A DNA stretch of 64,000 bases. Origin: Macrostomum lignano (Eukaryota). Location: assembly GCA_002269645.1 (NCBI GenBank), contig NIVC01000811.1, forward strand, positions 62,001 to 126,000, written 5' to 3'. A program made the position numbers and the translations under genes. The notes beneath the pieces were generated by a model. The model was not told where the DNA came from, ran no database searches, and saw nothing but the letters and a program-made list of their open reading frames with translations. Position 1 is the stretch's first letter. Every line of letters begins with the position of its first letter. This document shows, in pieces, positions 58,440-64,000 of this stretch.

Positions 58440-59000
58440 GGTAGTGAGGTGGGTGAAGGAGTGAGGTGGGTGAAGGAGTGAGGTGGGTGAGGGAGTGAGG
58501 TGGGTGAGGGAGTGAGGTGGGTGAGGGAGTGAGGTGGGTGAGGGAGTGAGGTGGGTGATGGAGTGAGGTGGGTGAGGTGGGTGAAAGAGTGAGGTGGATG
58601 AGGTGGGTGAAAGAGTGAGGTGGGTGAAAGAGTGAAGTGGGTTAAAGAGTGAGGTGGGTAAGGTGGGTGAGGTGAGTGCAAGAGTGTGGTGGGTTAGGTG
58701 GGTGAGGTGGGTGAGGTGGGTGAGGTGGGTGCAAGGACTACTAGACTTGATATAACGAAGTGTTCCCAGTGGTCCTTGGGTGGGTGAAAGAGCGAGATGG
58801 GTGAGGTGGGTGAAAGAGTGAAGTGGGTGAAAGAGTGAGGTGGGTAAGGTGGGTGAGGTGAGTGCAAGAGTGTGGTGGGTTAGGTGGGTGAGGTGGGTGA
58901 GGTGGGTGCAAGGACTACTAGACTTGATATAACGAAGTGTTCCCAGTGGTCCTTGGGTGGGTGAAAGAGCGAGATGGGTGAGGTGGGTGAAAAAGTGAGG
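58440..59000. repeat. G-rich GTGAGGTGGGT repeat with a 177-bp internal duplication
   Basis: The unique segment GCAAGGACTACTAGACTTGATATAACGAAGTGTTCCCAGTGG occurs at ~58731 and ~58908. Confidence 0.9.
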
Positions 59001-59739
59001 TACGCTCGTAGGTGAGGTGTACAGTGTATTCCTGCTTCGCAAAATCATAACATCCAAAGCAGAAATGAGTAATTACGAGTACATGTAGAAATGACGGCCA
59101 CCAACTTTTCAATACTCAGCCAAAATAATTTTAGTAGAGGTTCTCTTTTTGCTTTCAAGAGACTGGGATCTGAAATAGAAGGTGACAAGCGTGCGGCGAA
59201 ATCATCGTTTGAGATTTTCTCTGACTAGGTCGGCTCGTCTCTTCTACATCAACCCCCCCCCTCTCTCTCACTCCTGCTGTCTATCGGGTGAAGTGGAAAT
59301 TCAACCGCCTCATCACCGGTTGCTCTTGAGACTGGGTTGGACCGGTTTTTTTCAAACACGATTCCGCATCCCAGTGCCCGCGTGTGTTTATCAATATAAG
59401 TTCGCAAGATTGAGTTTGTCTCCCAGTTGCCCGCCCAACTCATATATTTTCTCCATCGAGTAGCCGAATCAGCTGGGGTTGAACTGGGCTGGAGGCGAGA
59501 AGAGATTTACTTGGCAAAAAATATTTCGCGGCAGCCTTGATCTAGTCAATAAATCACTCTCGATGATAGCGCTGAGAAGCTGAGCGGTTCGCCTACGCAT
59601 AAGACCGCTGATACCACAAGCAGCTGGCATTAATGCGTAGGATTTGTCTAGACAGTTACTTGTGCTCTGGTAGCTGCTCTGACAGCGGTATTTTATAGAT
59701 TTATTGCAGCCCCGATCGGATGTGGCTGGGAACAGGGTG

Positions 59740-60200
59740 CGCTCGGAGTGAGGTTCGCGGGGAGTGGGGTTTATGCGGAGTGAGGTTGGCGGGGATTGGG
59801 GTGGGTGCTGAGTGAGGCTGGGGGGAGTGGGGTGGGTGCTGAGTGAGGTTGGGGGGAGTGGGGTGGGTGCTGAGTGAGGTTGGGGGGAGTGGGCTTGGTG
59901 CTGAGTGAGGTTGGGGGGAGTGGGGTTGTTGCGATGTGAGGTTAGCGGGGAGTGGGGTTTGTGCGGAGTGAGGTTGGCGGGGAGTGGGGTTGGTGCTGAG
60001 TGAGGTTAGCGGGGAGTGGGGTGGATGCCGACTGAGGTTGGCGTGGAGTGGGGTGGATGCGAAGTGAGATTGGCGGGGATTAGGGTTTCTGCAGAGTGAG
60101 GTTGTCGGGGAGTAGGGTGGGTGCCGGTGAGCTTGGCAAGGAGTGGGGTGGGTGCCGAGTAGGGTGACGGGGAGTATGGTGAGTTTTAAGTGAGATTGGC
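59740..60200. repeat. Degenerate ~32-bp G-rich tandem repeat
   Basis: Unit about GAGTGAGGTTGG(C/G)GGGGAGTGGGGTGGGTGCT. Confidence 0.88.
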
Positions 60201-60724
60201 GGGGAAGTTGTTTAACGATCGTTGCGAGCGCCTGATGCCAATGAGTTTAGTTTGACTATGACAAATTTCACTAACTTTGACTTATAGTATCGAGTGACTA
60301 ATGGCTTTTACATTTGGGATTGGACGAGAAAGTGGAGAAAATCCTGGGAGAGGGACTTTCTAGAAGTTAGAAAAATGAGACGACAGCAATTAGACTCGTG
60401 TTAAGCATTGATTTTTATGTGCTGGGGATAATTAGTTCAGTGAACGGGGAAAGGGGAGAAATATTCGACAAGGAAGTCCATGCGAGTGCAGGATGAATTC
60501 AGCACAGCCCGCGTCATCTTACACAGCCCTTCCTCTACCAACTCCATCAAAGAAAGGAATCTGGGATGGAAGCAGATTTAGTGCAGACACGGCTAAGGGC
60601 GATCTAAGAAGATTTATGACCAACGCCTTGGCTTGGCTTTCGGGCTGCGGAAATGTCTGGGGTCTCCCGATCCAATGCAGACCCATTTCTGCCACTGGAA
60701 CCCTTCTCTCTCCCCTCCTTGTGC

Positions 60725-61543
60725 TCTCCTCCCCTCTTCTCTTCTCTTCTCTCCTCTCCTCTCCTCTCCTCTCCTCTCCTCTCCTCTCCTCTCCTCTCCT
60801 CTCCTCTCCTCTCCTCTCCTCTCCTCTCCTCTCCTCTCCTCTCCTCTCCTCTCCTCTCCTCTCCTCTCCTCTCCTCTCCTCTCCTCTCCTCTCCTCTCCT
60901 CTTCTCTCCTCTCCTCTCCTCTCCTCTCCTCTCCTCTTCTCTCCTATCCTCTCCTCTCCTCTCCTCTCCTCTCCTCTTCTCTCCTATCCTCTCCTCTCCT
61001 CTCCTCTCCTCTCCTCTCCTCTCCTCTCCTCTCCTCTTCTCTCCTCTTCTCTCCTATCCTCTCCCCTCCTCTTCTCTCCTCTCCTCTTCTCTTCTCTTCT
61101 CTTCTCTCCTCTTCTCTTCTCTCCTCTCCTCTCCTCTCCTCTCCTCTCCTCTCCTCTCCTCTCCTCTCCTCTTCTCTCCTATCCTCTCCCCTCCTCTTCT
61201 CTCCTCTCCTCTTCTCTTCTCTTCTCTTCTCTTCTCTTCTCTCCTCTCCTCTCCTCTCCTCTCCTCTCCTCTCCTCTCCTCTCTCTCCTCTCCTCTCCTC
61301 TCCTCTCCTCTCCTCTCCTCTCCTCTCCTCTCCTCTCCTCTCCTCTCCTCTCCTCTCCTCTCCTCTCCTCTCCTCTCCTCTCCTCTCCTCTCCTCTCCTC
61401 TCCTCTCCTCTCCTCTTCTCTCCCCTCCTCTTCTCTCCTCTCCTCTCCTCTCCTCTCCTCTCCTCTCCTCTCCTCTCCTCTCCTCTCCTCTCCTCTCCTG
61501 TCCTCTCCTCTCCCCTCCTCTACTCTCCTCTCCTCTCTCTCTT
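60725..61543. repeat. (CTCCT)n microsatellite
   Basis: Direct read. Confidence 0.97.
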
Positions 61544-61676
61544 TACAGAAAATGTAATCTCTCAGATCTTGAGTAATATCTGATTTTTTGGAACACTTTT
61601 CAATGTCTGGGTAATCTATCTTCAACCTCTTTCACAGCGATTTTTAATCTATGCAAAGCTCAACGAAAGAACAAAG

Positions 61677-61967
61677 GGATGTAGCCTTGTGGTCAGAGCG
61701 TCGGACTGACAATTGAAAGGTCGGTGGTTCGATTCTCGACCTACTCGGAACAACTTGAGTCCCTGAGCAAGACACTTAACTCTGCATTGCTTCAGTTCAC
61801 CCAGCTGTAAAATGGGTGCCAGCATTAGCTGGGGTAATTGAGGGTGCGTGTGGCGACCCCCAAGTGCTTTGACTGAACAGCCGTACGCAGCCTTCAGATG
61901 CGCCGCGCAAATAGCTGCGGCTGAGCTGTCGGTTGCACATCTGCCTATTAGGGCAGGTGTAATAACA
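61677..61967 (+). mobile_element. Full-length CORE-type (MIR-like) tRNA-derived SINE with probable 7-bp TSD
   Basis: A box TAGCCTTGTGGTCAGAGCG and B box GGTTCGATTCTC. Central CTGAGCAAGACACTTAAC...TTCAGTTCACCCAGCTGTAAAATGGG resembles the MIR CORE. AACAAAG at 61670-61676 and 61968-61974. Confidence 0.85.
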
Positions 61968-62407
61968 AACAAAGCACTGAACAGGCGCGCACGAACGGCA
62001 CAATACAGAAAGTACAACCAATGTGAAGCTACGCTCGTAGATGCTAAAGTACAAATCATATCCCATAACTGGATAGTCATCAGTTGGGGTTTTTAAAGAC
62101 GTTTATATGTCTATGTCAATATTAATATTAGTATTATAATTACATGTATATAATTATTGCACTTTCAATTATAGACTTCTGTTTACTTTTACACCTTGAA
62201 TCATACCCAACATCTGCGGTGTTGGAATATTAGAAATGCTGGACATCCCCTCATCCTGCAGTTGGCCAAGTTCAAATATTGAATGTCGCCCAGCCGCGGT
62301 GTCAGGCTCGTCACGGGTTTAAAGTTCATTGGACATTGGCAAACCGTAGTGATTTGATTTTTCTAATGACAGGCTAGGAATGTCCCGCACCGGCTGACTG
62401 ATGGTCC

Positions 62408-62995
62408 TTTCTCTCTCTCACCTCTCTCACTCTCCCTCTCACTCTCACTCTCACTCTGCCTCTCACTCTCCCTCTCACTCTCCCTCTCACTCTCCCTCAC
62501 ACTCTCCCTCTCACTCTCCCTCTCACTCTCCCTCTCACTCTCCCTCACACTCTGCCTCTCACTCTCCCTCTCACTCTCCCTCTCACTCTCCCTCACACTC
62601 TCCCTCTCACTCTCCCTCTCAATCTTCCTCTCACTCTCCCTCTCAATCTCCCTCTCACCTCTCTCACACTCTCCCTCTCACTCTCCCTCTCAATCTTCCT
62701 CTCAATCTCCCTCTCACCTCTCTCTCACTATCCCTCTCACTCTCCCTCTCACCTCTCTCTCACTCTCCCTCTCAATCTCCCTCTCACCTCTCTCACACTC
62801 TCCCTCTCACTCTCCCTCTCAATCTTCCTCTCAATCTCCCTCTCACCTCTCTCTCACTATCCCTCTCAATCTCCCTCTCACCTCTCTCTCGCTCTCCCTC
62901 TCAATCTCCCTCTCACCTCTCTCTCACTCTCCCTCTCAATCTCCCTCTCGCTCTCCGTCTCACTCTCCCTCTCACTCTTACTCTCGCTGTCCTTC
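62408..62995. repeat. CTCTCA/CTCTCC polypyrimidine compound repeat
   Basis: Direct read. Confidence 0.95.
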
Positions 62996-63477
62996 TCTCT
63001 CCTTCGCATTTTCCCTTCCCTCTCATCCTTTTCTCCCCTGTTCTTTCTCGTCTTCTTTTTCTCCCCTCCTCTGTAAATTTCATCTCTGGGGCCCTCCTAC
63101 TACCATATAGCTCTGGGCCTGCGCATTAATACAATTATTAGCATAGAGACCAGCTTAAGCAAAAATATTCCCAATCTTCGGGAGTCAACTCTCTCGAATA
63201 CTTGATTTTGCGACATTGAATTAATTAAATCTAAGCCTCAATCTTCTCCTAAACTTCCAAAAAGTACTCATTGGCTAAACTGAACGACTTTGACTTGCAG
63301 ATTTTGTAAATTTCTGAAAGAGCATAGCCAATATGACCGGTACAGCTTTGAGTAACTTCTCTTACAGAGCTGAAGGTAAAGTAAGTACTGCTTCATCTAT
63401 CAGCGTAATAAGTTTCTCCGTAACAAGTACTGTGACATTAGCTTAGAATTGAGAATATTATTATTCTAAGGAAAGGC

Positions 63478-64000
63478 GCCACGAAGAAAGGCGCTATGGA
63501 GAGAGGCGCTATGGAGAGAGGCGCTGAGTAGAGAGGCGCTGAGGAGAGAGGCGCTGAGGAGAGAGGCGCTGAGGAGAGAGGCGCTGAGGAGAGAGGCGCT
63601 ATGGAGAAAGGCGCTGAGGAGAGAGGCGCTATGGAGAGAGGCGCTGAGGAGAGAGGCGCTGTGGAGAGAGGCGCTGAGGAGAGAGGCGCTGAGGAGAGAG
63701 GCGCTGAGGAGAGAGGCGCTGTGGAGAGAGGCGCTGTGGAGAGAGGCGCTATGGAGAGAGGCGCTGAGGAGAGAGGCGCTGTGGAGAGAGGCGCTGAGGA
63801 GAGAGGCGCTGAGGAGAGAGGCGCTGAGGAGAGAGGCGCTGAGGAGAGAGGCGCTGTGGAGAGAGGCGCTGTGGAGAGAGGCGCTATGGAGAGAGGCGCT
63901 GAGAAGAGAGGCGCTGTGGAGAGAGGCGCTGAGGAGAGAGGCGCTGAGGAGAGAGGCGCTGAGGAGAGAGGCGCTGAGGAGAGAGGCGCTGAGGAGAGAG
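63478..64000. repeat. 15-bp minisatellite running off the window end
   Basis: Unit AGGCGCT(GA/AT/GT)GGAGAG. Confidence 0.96.

Noticed and set aside
61677-61750. tRNA gene
   Set aside because: A and B boxes are present, but the sequence continues into a SINE body found in three copies.
60493-63129. Long SSPLL / ERRGE / SHSP ORFs (also 22766-24432)
   Set aside because: Translations of CT/GA simple repeats.

Overview
Eukaryotic (animal) genomic DNA with spliceosomal introns and very dense micro/minisatellites. The style suggests a free-living flatworm such as Macrostomum, but this is inference only. Four multi-exon genes can be rebuilt with phase-consistent GT-AG junctions. (1) A ~2044-aa protein with a large ankyrin-repeat array fused to a cGAS/Mab-21-like nucleotidyltransferase carrying an intact catalytic triad (+, 4265-10722). 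(2) A complete 620-aa transketolase (-, 16579-27310). (3) A divergent ~588-aa otopetrin proton channel (-, 28576-32330). (4) An NCAM/Fasciclin-2-like signal peptide-5xIg-2xFN3-GPI protein (+, 36019-46086), whose first exon carries several frameshifts. The rest is tandem repeats, degenerate Gypsy and LINE fragments, three CORE-type tRNA SINE copies and several non-autonomous TIR elements. One TIR element has a perfect 8-bp TSD and carries a 28S rRNA fragment covering the R2/I-PpoI target region. The best candidate for an undescribed system is the ankyrin-cGLR fusion: its repeats vary almost only at DARPin-paratope positions and look reshuffled by intra-array recombination. No CRISPR array or prokaryotic system is present. 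All alignments and counts were done by eye.
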